Source: Phoronis australis (lineage: Eukaryota > Animalia > Phoronida). From it: 64,000 nucleotides of DNA. The stretch is from NCBI GenBank assembly GCA_002633005.1, contig NMRA01000384.1, positions 287,504 to 351,503 on the forward strand, written 5' to 3'. Below are positions 1 to 12,736 of the stretch, in pieces. Below the pieces are notes generated by a model. That model did no database searches, was not told the origin of the DNA, and was given only the letters and a program-made list of their open reading frames with translations. The translations under genes were made by a program, and so were the position numbers. Positions within the stretch are counted from its first letter, which is position 1, and the number at the start of each line of letters is the position of its first letter.

Positions 1-1505
1 AGATATCATATCCTGGCACGAGCAGTGCAAAAATCGCCAGAACAGCCAATTTGGGCAACTGAATGAAGGGTGACTGTTAGAAATATAGTGATTGTTTTCG
101 CTTCAACCCAAATCCCCCACACCATATTCCTGGTCTGCACGCCGTTCAGTACTTTCACTCCCTAATTGCGTCATTCATTGAAAACGCAAAATTGTCCTTG
201 CCGCGCACCAACTCAGGTGACCCCCAGACCTAAACATCAGCGTATCGAACATTGTTGAAAGATCGCCAATTGCGGGTAACCTGCTTATCCTAATCCCCTG
301 TTGCGGGGGAACCGTTGAGTAATGACGTGACAGATTTTCACAGACGTGAGGTACTTTTTTTCATGGGCTGAAAACTCTTCACATTAAATTTAGACCTTGT
401 GAAAAAACTAACTGGGGTCATTTTTCACGAGGTCATTATTTAAAGCTACACTGGCTCGGTTAGGTATTTTTTCACTCGGTTTCGAGTGGGAAATTCTGTA
501 TTTCGGCTATACTATAGCTCGGTTGCGCAATTCAGTCGTACAGGTTTGATATTTTGGTTACTACGCACTTTACTTTTTGCGCAAGTTTTGAGTCGCAAAA
601 CAAAGAGCTCGTAAGCAAGCAGTGCAAATCTACAAAATTTCCAATATCAACCTCGACATAAGTACAGATTTTGCAGTGATTTATTTGTTTTGATACAACA
701 GAAAACATCTGATTTTGGAATACGTATTAAGAAATGAATTTTTAAAGCAGTATATATTTCAATAGAGAATACATTATTCTTTTAGATGTATTGATTTGGA
801 TGGCTGGCGAGAAAGTTCGAGGATGTTATTTTTCAGTACGAGTAAAAATACATATGATTGTCATTAATACCAAATATTTACTTAATTACAATTAACAAAC
901 ATTATCATCATTGGATAACAGCATATGCTGGTCAATAACTATCTTTTTAATTGATCTTATATGGCCTCAATCACCAAGACTGATGTGGAAACAACGCATA
1001 GTCATTCCGCTTAAACTTTGTTGGCAGAACATAAAAACCTAGTGGCAGCACCACTAAGCTCCAAGGCCGAACCAAAAAACCCATGACTCAAGGGCAGGAC
1101 CAAAAATAATTTTTTGGCTGCAGGCATGACACTGCGAGCCCCCGGATTTTCTGATTGATGCCGTAGGGCTCCCAGTGTTTTCCGCCATTTTTGTCCTGTG
1201 TAACACTCTCCAATATGGCGTCATATTGACAACGCGAGCTTCATGGATCTGAGTGGCGCGCGCCCGGTCTATGTATTAAGATGTCTATGGCAGTCTCTGT
1301 TTTAGTTGGTTATTTGCTAGAAATAAAGTTTAGCATAGAATTGCAGAAATTATAACTAAAATTATATTCAACTTAATGCAATGGATTTCATCAAGAGATG
1401 CCCGGTTTTACGGCTAATTTTCCTCACCGACTCAGGGATAACAGTTCGTGTTTTGCGTTTGGTGAACACTCACTTCGAGCAAACAACCTCCATGTAACCA
1501 ATTAC

Positions 1506-1604
1506 CTCATCGGGAGCTGACACGTCTGCTCCGCAAATAACCAACAACTCCACAACTTCCCAGCGACCGTTCAACGCCGCCCAGTGTAGTGGTGTCCGTT
1601 TGTC
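1506..1604 (-). CDS. Ankyrin exon DKRTPLHWAALNGRWEVVELLVICGADVSAPDE
   Basis: Manual translation; acceptor tatatag, donor gtaatt; 99 nt. Confidence 0.9.
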
Positions 1605-4362
1605 CTATATAATATATAATGTAAGAGAACTTTAGAAGCTAGATTTGGTTGAACATACGTTAAAAAGTGAATGGCATTGCTAGTCTGTCAGCTATTTCCA
1701 CCGCGTTGTGGTGGACACGAAAAAAACTTAGACAGTTGGTTTAAGTCTCAAGAGAAAATGGTTCAGCTTGATACAGTCTGTTGTGAGGTTAAGAGTGGAC
1801 TTGTTTGAGAGCTTGTGTACTTAGCTGAATGTATTCTAAAGGCAACCATATATTTTACAAGAGCAACGCGGAGCGTTGAAATGCGCCCACGAATGCATCG
1901 CAAACGGTGTGTTTTAGGGTTGTTCATTTGTGTCATAAAAATGGCCACTAGATGGCGCAAAAACGTAACATACATCTGTAAATGGGAACATGTCATAGCT
2001 TCTTTAACAGAAAGCTGTTAACCAAATTTCACATAAATCTGTCTCACGGAACTTCAGAGAAACAAAGGAAAACAGAATAAAATGAAATTGCCACTAGGGG
2101 GAACAGTGTTCACTGGATCCGCCTGAAAGTCGTTATTTTCTGTTGTTAGATTCATATAAATACACTTACTAAATTTAATAAAGATCCGGCTGTGGGTTTA
2201 GGAGATACAGCTGTGGGTGCAAAACAAAACAAAACTACCACTGGAAACGCCACAGTAGCCAAAGTCGTCATCGTCAACCACCCTCTTCACACAGAGAACA
2301 TAAACACCCGAATTTTCAAAACCATCCCTAGAATAATTTAGTTGATAGAGGGGTGAACGCCAAAAAACAGACTCGAAAACAGCAAAAATGGCCACCATTT
2401 GGCGCAAAATACCTCGATTCCATCCAAAAACGAGAGGATAGCGTCACCTCACCATAGATGCCTGAATTCAAAGTTTTATGAAAATCCATTGAGGACCTTT
2501 GAAGATACAGAAGTAAACGTAAAATCTAAAATTGCCACCAGGGGGCACACCATTAGTCAGATCCGTCCGAAAGTCGCCGTTGTTCTTTGACAACATCATA
2601 TAAATACACTTGTTAGATTTAGTAAAGATCCTGCAAACGGTTTAAGAGATGGGCGTAAAAAAACGAAACTGCCACTAGGAGGCGCCACAGTAGCTGAAGT
2701 CATTAGAAAATCATCGTCAGCAGCCCACTTCATAGTAAAAACATACATGCCAATTTTCACAATTATCCTGAAGGCGATTTGGTTGATAGAGGGGTGGTTT
2801 TCAAAAAAACCGACTCGAAAGCGGTAAAAATGGCCACCAGGTAGCGCAAACTAAGTCGAATCCATCTGAAAACGAAAAGATAGCGTCAGCACACTAACAG
2901 AAGCCCATACGCCAAATTTTTTGAAAATACGTCGAGGACCTTGGAAGATACAGAGGTTAACGTAAAAAAATGTCTCTAGGGGGCACACCAGTCGTCAAAT
3001 CCGTCCGAAAGTCGTCGTCGACCTTTGTCAACATCATATAAATGCATTTACTACATTTAGTAAAGATCCTGCGGACAGTTTAGGACATACAGCCATAGGC
3101 GCAAAAAACTACCACTAGGAGACGCCACAGTAATCCAAGTCGTCGGAAAATCATCGTCAGCCATCCACTTTATAGTACGAGCATATATGCCTATTTTCTT
3201 AATCATCCTTAGCGCGGTTTGGTTAATAGAGGGGTGGACGCCTAAAAACAGACTCCAAAACAGTAAAAATGGCCACTAGGTGGCGCAAATTACGTCGAAT
3301 CTATCCGAAAAGGAGAGGATAGCATCATCTCACCAATAGATGCCTGCATGCCAAATTTTATGAAAACACGCTGAAGACGTTTGGAGACGTTTATAGAGGT
3401 AAGCGTAAAAAACTAAAATTGCCAATAGGAGGCACACCGGTGGTCGGATCCGTCCGAAAGTTCGGTCATGCCGTCCCATCCATGAAAGGAACACATGTGC
3501 AAAATTTCCTGAACTTACGTCAAACGGTTTTGGAGTTAGAGCAGCGGACGCCGGACGGACGCCGGGCGGACGCCGGACGGACGCCGGACGGTCGCCGGAC
3601 AGACGCCGCCTGGACGGACGGACGGACGGAGATGACGGCATAATGCGCCCGCATATAAATATTGGGCGTATAAAAATTAAACTATTGAATTTGAGAAAGC
3701 GAAAGAAAAAACTGTTCACCTCAAGTTTCGTATTCACCAGTTTCATTTGAGCTACTTAATCATATTCTTGTAATAACATTAACGCAAAAAAGTACTACAT
3801 TCATACAAAAACAACAAAAGTGATCTTATTTCTCAGTTTACATAGAATTTCATAAAATCCTATCAGCCATAGAAACAAAAGCAGCAAAAAGCCTTGATGT
3901 GCGGTCTTGCCGAATCACAAATAGTATATTTCTGTAAAAGTGTTTGCCAGCTTTCTGCATCGGAAGGAAAAGAACTTGATCACAATAGAAAGCAATTTTT
4001 TAAATTTCATATCAAGCAGTTCGATGGAATGAAATCCGGTAGATTTCGCTGAAACTTTTCAAACTTAATATTTATTCATGAATCTCAAAACTCTGCTTGG
4101 ATTTTCGAAATAAAGGCCCAGTTTTTGAGGAATGTAAAGAAGACAACGACTTCAATTTTTTTTAAAAAATACCTTACGTTTCGCAAGCCAATTTACCATA
4201 GAAAGAAAAAACTAAGCGAAAATTCCCATCAGCGTTTTTGAGGTTACTGGTAAAGTTTTCATTTAAAAAGGTTCCATTAAAATCGACCGAGGGTTATTTT
4301 GCTATGAATGCACCTTTCTTAAAATGATTAAATGATTTTTTTTTACTTAAAAAAGTGTTAAT

Positions 4363-4395
<33 letters not shown>

Positions 4396-7300
4396 GTAAT
4401 AATAACAATAACAATAACAATAAAAATAACAATAACAATAATAATAGTACAAGGCTTAGCATTTTTGATATACGAGTTAGAAAGGAGGCCACTAATTAAG
4501 GTTTGACTTAACCTTAACGCTTGACAAGCACAATGTTGGGTGAGATTAACTATACCTCATCAACTGCGTCAACAGCTGCCCTGTACTTGAGCAACAACTC
4601 TGCAACACCACGGTGACCACCAATTGCTGCACAATGTAGCGGTGTCTGCTTTTGCTATGAAACAAATGATGGCGCCATGAAAATGGATGATTACGCCGAG
4701 CATGCCGGAGGTGCCGAGAATTAAAAATGGTAAGTAATTCACCAAATACATGAATAGCACCCTGCAGAGACGTAAGAGATACGAAATTCAAGTTTCGTAA
4801 TACATCAATTCCATTGAGCTACTTTATCATATTCTTGTAATAAAATTAATGCAAAAAAGTACTACATTTATAGCAAAACACCAAAAGTGACCTTATTTCT
4901 CATTTTACTTTAGAATTTCATAAAATCCTATCAAAACTAGAAACAAAAGCAGCAAAAAGGCATGATGTGCGGCCACGTTGAATCGCAAATGATATGTTTC
5001 TACAACAGTGCTTGTCACCAACTTCCAAGGGAAAGGAGACAACTTGACCACAAGAGAAAACAATTGTTAATTTTCACATCAAGCAGTTCGATGGACTAAA
5101 ATCCGGTCATGCAGAAAGCACTAAGGATTACTAAGATAATCAAGTCGGGACATTACTGCGTCATGCTTCTACAGGGGTGACTACATTCCATCAAGGTAAA
5201 ATCCTGTGTCAAGTTTCAGGAAGATTTTGTCAATCGGTTTTCTATTCCGAAACGCTGTTGGCAAGAGATAACTGGTGAAAAAATGAAGTGGCCACGAGGG
5301 GGTGCTGAGGTCGTCGAATCTGCTAGAAAATCGACTGGGGCGACCTCATCCTCTTAACACATATTTACGCCACGTTTCACCAATTTTCGTCAAGAGATTC
5401 TCTTAATATCGCGTTTTTTAAGGCATATCCGTTGGACATTAAAATGGACACAAGTACCAGCAAGGGTGAACCAATCTACCAGGAAATCGACTGGTGTCAT
5501 GTTTCATACAGATCCCGCCATCGTTTCTCAAGATATCAAGACATCCGAAAACGCTTTTCCACATTTCGAAGCAGATGTTAATTCTTGGATGGTAGGCGAG
5601 TGTGTAGAGCCAGTAGTTTGATCCGTCTGCGCAATTGTACTATTTGATGTTTGTTCTTGCCTTTTTTAAAATCTATTTTCGTTAGATCGTTTACGATAGT
5701 ACTTTAAAAATGTACAATCGTAACACTTCTAACCAAAAATCGTTTAAAGTTCATTGGACTAGTAACACACTTCGATTCACAGGGGAACTTTAATGCAAAC
5801 AACAATCGCAAAGTGGCCTAGAGTGATGATCTTCTACATGTATGTACTTTTAACACACATACATTTAAACACTTGACGTGCACAATGTTGGGTGGGATTT
5901 ACTATACCTTGTCACCTGCGTCAACGGATGCCCTGTACTTTAGCAACAACTCTGCAACACCACGGTGACCACCAATTGCTGCACAATGTAGCGGTGTCTG
6001 GTCGTGCTATGAAACAAATAATGGCCTTGTGTAAATGAACGGTCATAATGAGCAAAAAATAAAGATGGTAAGTAGTTCACCAAATACATGCAGAGACGTA
6101 GGAGATATGAAATTCATAAATAGGACAAGGTGAAGGACTATACAAGCGATACATGTATGTGAACAGGGACGGATCCAGGATTTTGCGTTAGGTACACTGT
6201 AGGCCAGGGCAGAATATTAGCCAGGATTTTGCCATTCAGACATTTGCAGCCCCCAAATGCCAAATGGAATCTGGGAGAATTTTAAGGGGGAGGAGGCATG
6301 ACCACCTAAGCCTACCTCTAAATCCACACTGTATTTTCATCAAAAGAATGCGTACGAGTTTCTTTAAAAAGTGTGCGATACCTGGACTGAAGTGTTTGTG
6401 TAGGAACAGGGTATGATTTTTTTCAACACCAGTCATACACTCGTGTTTGGTTCAAGGTTGATCATATAAAGGAAATCCAGGACCTTCGACGCAGGTATTT
6501 TGTCGTTGATGCCCGAATGTTTTGGAATGCTACAGCAAGCTTCGACTACATACACGAATAAATTATGTTCATTTGTCGATTTCCAACAATTTCTTGGAAA
6601 TTATGTGAAAATAACAGATGTAAATATATTTTTTGATCTTTTCCTGACGTGTGAAATTTCTCTGACGTAATACATTTGGTGTAATGGCGTGGTTTTAAGT
6701 ATATGTTTGGTCCTAAAGAAAATTTAATTCTTGAATAGAAAACTTGTGTCCTGGAATTTTTCAGCATTGGCTTTCCACAAGTCACGCCCCCTTGATTACA
6801 GGTATGGTAGTACAAAATAAGCATGTGTAAGAAGACGGTTGCCTTTTTGAACAAGCGATAAGTAAAGAAGAATGAAACACGTTACATTACCACCAGTGGG
6901 ACTTGATGCCATGGCTGAATAGTCCACTGTGCCAAGTTTGTATAGACCGTTTGTACATGACGTCACACAACGTCACCGACTTAAGAAACAACAGCTGCAC
7001 CGCTTAAATTTGCAACAGTAAGGCGTAAATTAAAATAAATATTGTTTCCGCTATTTTGACCTACGGTAAAATACAGTATGGTCCCAATTTAAAACAGTTT
7101 ATCTGAAATCAGACAAAATAATTAATTTTCTATTTCTTCCACATTTTAGGCCAAGGTAACATAAAGATAAAAAGAGCTCGTCGCAATAGTCGATGTCACA
7201 TTTACAGTACGTCCACACCTCCAAAGGATTTCATGACAGACCAAACAACAGTAAATTTCAAAGTTTTAACATTGTGATTTAATAATAGAATGACATCTGA

Positions 7301-7413
7301 ACTTTTGAAGTTACCCTATTCCGTATTGTGACATTTGCTTGTTGCTGCAACAAACTCTTGACCAACCCTCTGTTGCCGTACTCAGATGCCAGGTGCAGAG
7401 CTGTGTTTGAGTC
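1506..7413 (-). CDS. Ankyrin-repeat protein gene, partial (4 exons: 7315-7413, 5908-6006, 4556-4654, 1506-1604)
   Basis: Four exons of exactly 99 nt, all AG/GT-bounded and phase 0, each encoding one 33-aa ankyrin repeat (TxLHxA...G...V..LL...A.V...D/N). No start or stop exon identified; the gene probably continues past the left edge. Confidence 0.9.
1857..3676 (+). mobile_element. Non-autonomous Helentron/HINE-type element with internal ~147-bp tandem repeats (~440-bp trimer higher-order unit)
   Basis: Starts TTTT|ACAAGAG; the subterminal motif aatgcgccc occurs near both ends; (GGAC)n-type microsatellite at ~3545-3630; 3' hairpin cgcccg-catataaatat-tgggcg (3646-3668) followed by TATAAAAA|TT. 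This is the DINE-1/HINE architecture. Confidence 0.8.
4365..4446. repeat. (AAT)n/(AAC)n microsatellite
   Basis: Direct reading. Confidence 0.9.
4556..4654 (-). CDS. Ankyrin exon QKQTPLHCAAIGGHRGVAELLLKYRAAVDAVDE
   Basis: Manual translation; acceptor tgtttcatag, donor gtatag; 99 nt; near-duplicate of 5908-6006. Confidence 0.9.
5908..6006 (-). CDS. Ankyrin exon HDQTPLHCAAIGGHRGVAELLLKYRASVDAGDK
   Basis: Manual translation; acceptor tgtttcatag, donor gtatag; 99 nt. Confidence 0.9.
6165..6331 (+). mobile_element. Short MITE-like dispersed repeat (second copy inverted at ~39123-39270)
   Basis: CAG...CTG ends; shares ggatccaggatttt, tattagccaggattttgc and caaatggaatctgggag with the reverse complement of 39123-39270. 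Confidence 0.65.
7315..7413 (-). CDS. Ankyrin exon DSNTALHLASEYGNRGLVKSLLQQQANVTIRNR
   Basis: Manual translation; acceptor ttttgcag, donor gtaact; 99 nt. Confidence 0.9.
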
Positions 7414-9024
7414 CTGCAAAATCGAGTGCATTAATCCATGAAGTAATTAAACACTTCCATTCTTCTGTGAAACCTTCAACTGCTCAAAGTTACGTAGGAC
7501 CCTACAAAAATGTCCAAATTTGATGCGCGTCATATTCAGAAATAACTAGCGGGACTTGTATGAAAGTTTCAGACAGTAACACTTTACACACTATTAAACA
7601 CTTTGAGAATAACATATCCTACTTTTGCATAAGAGGCCATCAACAATGGGAATTTCGTGGTTTTCATGAAAAAATAAAGGTGCATGAAATGAAAAATGAA
7701 TGTTTTAGAAAACTGTAACAGCGTTTTTGAGATCTCGTCTTGTAGATTTACATAAATAAGATATTGTATTGTTATTTATATTGTTGCTTTGCTATCAATG
7801 TACCTACCTTTTACTTAAAAATATGTACACGTAACTCGAATTAATGACAAATTGGTCATTGTATGATTTGTCATTTACATTGACTTCTACAACTGGTAAT
7901 GAACACCCGGCAAGAACATGTACAGTATTAGAAAAAAATACAAAACGAATAGAGTACTTCGGCCCAGCAGTTCACAGATATTTAGTCTTAGTAGTGTCAA
8001 TCAATCATAACGTCGGCTCCAGGTAGCGAGTCGACCTGTGCCATATAAGGAAAATTAACAGTTTCACGTGACAGGACCACCATGGTTGTCGGAATTTTAG
8101 GAAACGTGTAAGAATTAAGCATGTACTGTCAATCTGCAGCAAGGACCTTTTTGGAAAGTTAACCTGTAGTGGTACAAAATGATCGATGGAAAGCGCCATT
8201 ACCAGTAATGTGAGTGTGTCATAGAGAACCCGCCAGCATGCGATGTCGCCGATTCAGACGAGATTCGAAATAAGACTTGAAAGCAACGGAAGCCAATTTA
8301 TTTCAACAGATGCTTGAGAAATGAAACTAATGTACAATGAAAACACCACAATTAGGAGGCAATTTTCCGAACTCCAAAGAGACGAGTGTGCCTAAACGCT
8401 CCAAACATTCGCTTGTCCCCAGTGCGACCGGAAGGTGAACGTCCACCGTCTCACCCAGCGACTTATTAGTCGCAGTGGCAACTGAGCGAGTGGTCAAGTA
8501 TATTCATATACAAAAAGTTGCATAAGTTTCTCTTCCTGAACATCAATTGCAATCTTCGCCTCTTGTAACCTTGAACATACGCACTCCACAATCCTGCCTA
8601 CACCTTGCGCCTTGCCACTGTTTCTGCGTCGTGTCTACTCGGACGTTTGACACCGCTTCTCGTGCTCCGTATCACTTTAAGTCCAAACGGAAATTACAGA
8701 CTACAGGACAATATCGCGCAGTAAATGTACAATACAATTTGATTAGACACAAGGGGTCGGTAGACGACGTTTACATGTACGTACATTTTCATCGTTTTCT
8801 TCTATTGGAAAGTCAATGCTCCAATTGTGGCCAAGGAATTTTGTCAACTCCGCAAGGTCACCCGTCTTGAGAGCACATTTCAACTGAAACAAAGTAAAGT
8901 GAGCGGAACCAAGATGTTAAATGGTACAACGTTATTTCATAACCGAAGTGATCTCTGTCAAACTTTTGTTTTGCTGTAAAGCGAGATTATTGCCACTGTT
9001 CGAAGTGCTGGATAGAGTTCATTA

Positions 9025-9134
9025 ACTGAGGACCTCGCTAAATCCAGACAAAAATCACGTCTTTTAGTTTAAAATGCGCGCCAATATCTACCGTAATCTC
9101 TCCGCGAAGTCTTGCTTTTAGCGAGGTCTTCAGT
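9025..9134. mobile_element. Small inverted-repeat element (MITE-like)
   Basis: actgaggacctcgctaaa ... tttagcgaggtcttcagt terminal inverted repeats; repeated in the duplicate copy at ~14461-14570. Confidence 0.5.
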
Positions 9135-9891
9135 AGCGATACTGGACTCAGTCCTGGTTTAACTAATAGGGATGGAAAGTGATTACGTCACGCCCCTATC
9201 ATCTACTCCATATTGGAGACCAACAATATGACGGTGGCCTTTCTACTATACTTGTATCAACACATTTGTTTCAAACCGGTAAAATTCGACAAAAATTGCA
9301 TGGCGCATAAGATGACACGCCGTGGCAAGTCACATTTTACAGCCTGAACTCAGGCAAGAACGGGCTGACACTTGACAGTTGTCCCAAGGTGTCTGGAATC
9401 ACATTTAATTTCATTAAAGGAACAATTTGAGACCAGTTTCATAACAATCAAAAGTAGGTTTTTGACGTGGAAAGTGCCGGGTTTAGTTTTGTCGCTTAAG
9501 CACATAGACCAACGTCGGTTGGGTTGCTGAAAACTGGATTAGTTTGGTTGTTTCATGATGTCAAGGGCATAGCAACATGATGTGTAATAATGCAACGCTG
9601 GTATTCAGCGCATAAGTTTTATACGACTGAGCAGTGAAATTTTGAGAAAATGAACCATAATCCCCAACCGGTACGACCCACGCTTATAACGATATTAGCT
9701 ACAAAAATAAACGTGGCTTGCCCCCCCCCCATTCATTGATATTTTGTAGCTGCAATGCAACTAACATTAAGGCGGCGCACCCAATAGGTTTTGTTTCGTG
9801 GTTGAATTTGCCTACCCCAATTCAATAAAAATCCTTTTTTTTCGCCTACTGGGTCGGCTGGGACTTGGACGAGTCGTAAGTTTTGTGTTTA

Positions 9892-12736
9892 CCCTTACGA
9901 AAATAATCTATAGGATATTATAGAATCCAATAAGATTTCCTATATAAATATTGATTTCTTATAGGATTTCCTATAGGACCAAGACTACCTAAGGAATTCA
10001 AATCTATTGATTTTCCTATAAGATCTCATTGAGCTTGATGTAGAATTATATTAAACTTCCTTGAAAATGCTATTGAACTTTCTATAGAATCTTTTGGAGT
10101 TTCCTATAAGATCCTATTGAACTTCCAACAGAATTCTATTGAACTTCTTATAGAATCCAACTGATCTTCTCATACAATACTATTGAACTTCCTATAGTAT
10201 CCTATTGAACCTTACTATAGGATCCTATTGAACCTTACTATAGGATCCTATTGAACGTTATATAGGATTCTATTGAATTTCCTATAGAATCAAATTGAAC
10301 TCCAAATAGAATCCTATTGAATTTCCTTTCCTATTGAACTTCATGAAGAATTCTATTGAAATTCCTTTAGAACCCTATTGAACTTCCTATAGGCTCCTGT
10401 TGAGCTTCATTCAGAATCCTATAAGCAATTCTATAGATTCTTAGTGTGCTTCTAATAGAATTCTATTGAACTTCCAATAGGATCATATTGAACTTTCTTT
10501 AGGATCCTATTGAACTTCATGAAAAATTCTATTGAAATTCCTTTAGAACCCTATTGAACTTCCTATAGAATCCTGTTGAACTTCATTCAGAATCTTATAA
10601 AAATTCCTACAGAATCCTATTGAGCTTCTAATAGAGTTCTAGTGAAATTCCAATAGGATCCTATTGAACCTTACTATAGCATCTTATTGAATTTCTATAG
10701 GAATCTATTGAACTTCCTATAGATTTCTATTGAACTTCCGATAGTATCCTATTGAACCTTAATATCGAATCCTATTGAACGTTCTATAGGATTCTATTGA
10801 ACTTCCTATAGAATCATATTGAACGTCCTTTAGTATCTTATTGAACTTCTTGAAAGAATTCTATTGAACTCCACATAGAATCCTATTGAACTTCCATTAG
10901 TATCACATTGAACTTCACGAAGAATTCTACTGAAATTCTTTTAGAACCCTATTGAACTTCCTATAGGATCCTGTTGAACTTCATTCAGAATCCTATGGAA
11001 TCCTATTGACCTTCTAATAGAATTCTATTGAACTTCCAATAGGGTCCTATTAAACATTACTACAGGATCTTATTGAATTTCTATTGGAATCCATTGAAAT
11101 TCCTATAGAATCATATTGAACTTCCTATAGAATTCTATTAAACTTCCAATAGGTTCCCATTGAACCTTACTATAGGATCCTATTGAACCTTCTAAAGGAT
11201 TCTATTGTACTTCCTAGAGGATGCTGTTGAACTTCATTCAGAATGCTATAGAATCCTATTGAGCTTCTATTAGAATTCTATTAAACTTCCAATAGGATCC
11301 TATTGAACCTTACTATAGGATCTTATTGAATTTCTATAGGAATATATTGAAATTCCTATAGAATGATATTGAACTTCCTATTGAATTATATTGAGCTTAC
11401 GATAGGATCCTATTGAACCTCACTATAGGATCCTATTGAACGTTCTAAAGGATTCTATTGAACTTCCTATAGAATCATATCGAACGTCCTTAAGGATCCT
11501 ATTGAACTTCGTGAAAGAATTTTATTGAAATTCCTTTAGATTACTATTAAACTTTCTATAGGATCCTATAAAATTTCCTATAGAATCCGATTGAGCTTCT
11601 AATAGAATTCTATTGAACTTCCAGTAGGATCCTATTGCGCCTCACAATAGGATCTTATTGAATTTTTATAGGAATCTATTGAACTTCCTATTGAATTCTA
11701 TTGAACTTCAGATAGTATCCTATTGAACCTTACTATAGGATCCTACTGAACGTTCTATATGATTTTGTAGAATCATATTGAATGTCATTTAGGATCTTAT
11801 TGAACATCATGAAAGAATTCTATTGAAATTCCTTTAGATTCCTATTGAATTTCCTATAAGATACTATTGAACTTCATTCAGAATCCTATAAAATTTCCTA
11901 TAGAATCCTATTGAACTTCTATTAGAATTCTGTTCAACTTCCAATAGGATCCTATTGAACCTTACTATAGGATCTTATTGATTTTCTATAGGATTCTTTT
12001 GAACAGAATTCTATTGAACCTCCAATAGGATCCAAATGAGCCTTACTATATGATCTTGTTGAATTCCTATAGGATTCTATTGAATTTGATATAGGATATT
12101 ATTGAACTCATTATAGAATCCCATTGAACTTCATATAGAATCTTACTGAACTTCCTTTAGGATCCTTTTAAACTTCATGAAGAATTCAATTGAAATTTCA
12201 ATAGAATCCTATTGAACTTCCTATAGGACCCTGTTGAACTTCCTGAAGAATGGTATTAAAATTCCTTCAGAGTCCTATTGAACTTCCTATAGAATCCTGT
12301 TGAACTTCCCACACTATCATATTGAGCTTCTTATGTAATCCTATTGAACTTCCTGGTAGAATCCTATTGAACGTCCTATAGGATCCTATTGAACTTCATA
12401 AAGAATTATATTGAACTTTCTTTCGAGTCCTATCAAACTTCCTATATAATCTGATTGAACATCCTATTAAATCCTATTGAACTTCATATAGACTCCTGTA
12501 ATTGAACTTCCTATAAGAACCTAGTGAACTTCCAAGAGAACCCTATTGAACCTCCAATCCTATTGAACTTCTTATAGGGTCCTGTTGAACGTCTTATAGA
12601 ATCCTATTGAACTTCCAAACCTATTAGCTTCCTATAGAATCCTAATGAACTCCATGCAAAATCCTATTGAACTTCCTATAGAATCCCACTGAACTTCCTT
12701 TAGATGAAATTTTCTTAAAACAAAACTTCAACCGGG
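9892..12736. mobile_element. Putative non-autonomous CMC/EnSpm-like element (TA|CCC...GGG|TA) filled with a 22-bp minisatellite (consensus ATCCTATTGAACTTCCTATAGA)
   Basis: The array is certain. Termini read gttta|CCC and GGG|taaac with a TA duplication; superfamily assignment is inference from the short termini only. Confidence 0.6.

Larger units (their letters stand above)
3721..6116. repeat. Old tandem duplication of an intron-exon-intron unit (copy 1 ~3721-4787, copy 2 ~4788-6116)
   Basis: 3721-4040 resembles 4788-5107, and 4527-4790 resembles 5878-6116; each copy contains one ankyrin exon. Confidence 0.85.

Noticed and set aside
3330-3746. ORFs 3330-3746 (-) and 3419-3643 (+)
   Set aside because: They are read-through of the stop-poor (GGAC)n microsatellite and monomers of the Helentron-type element.
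4546-4791. ORF-track peptides 4546-4791 and 4569-4760 (hydrophobic, TM-like)
   Set aside because: Wrong frames; the third frame gives a clean splice-bounded ankyrin repeat.
9900-12705. Regular short-repeat array as a CRISPR array
   Set aside because: Units are contiguous degenerate 22-mers with no unique spacers, there are no cas genes, and the context is eukaryotic.
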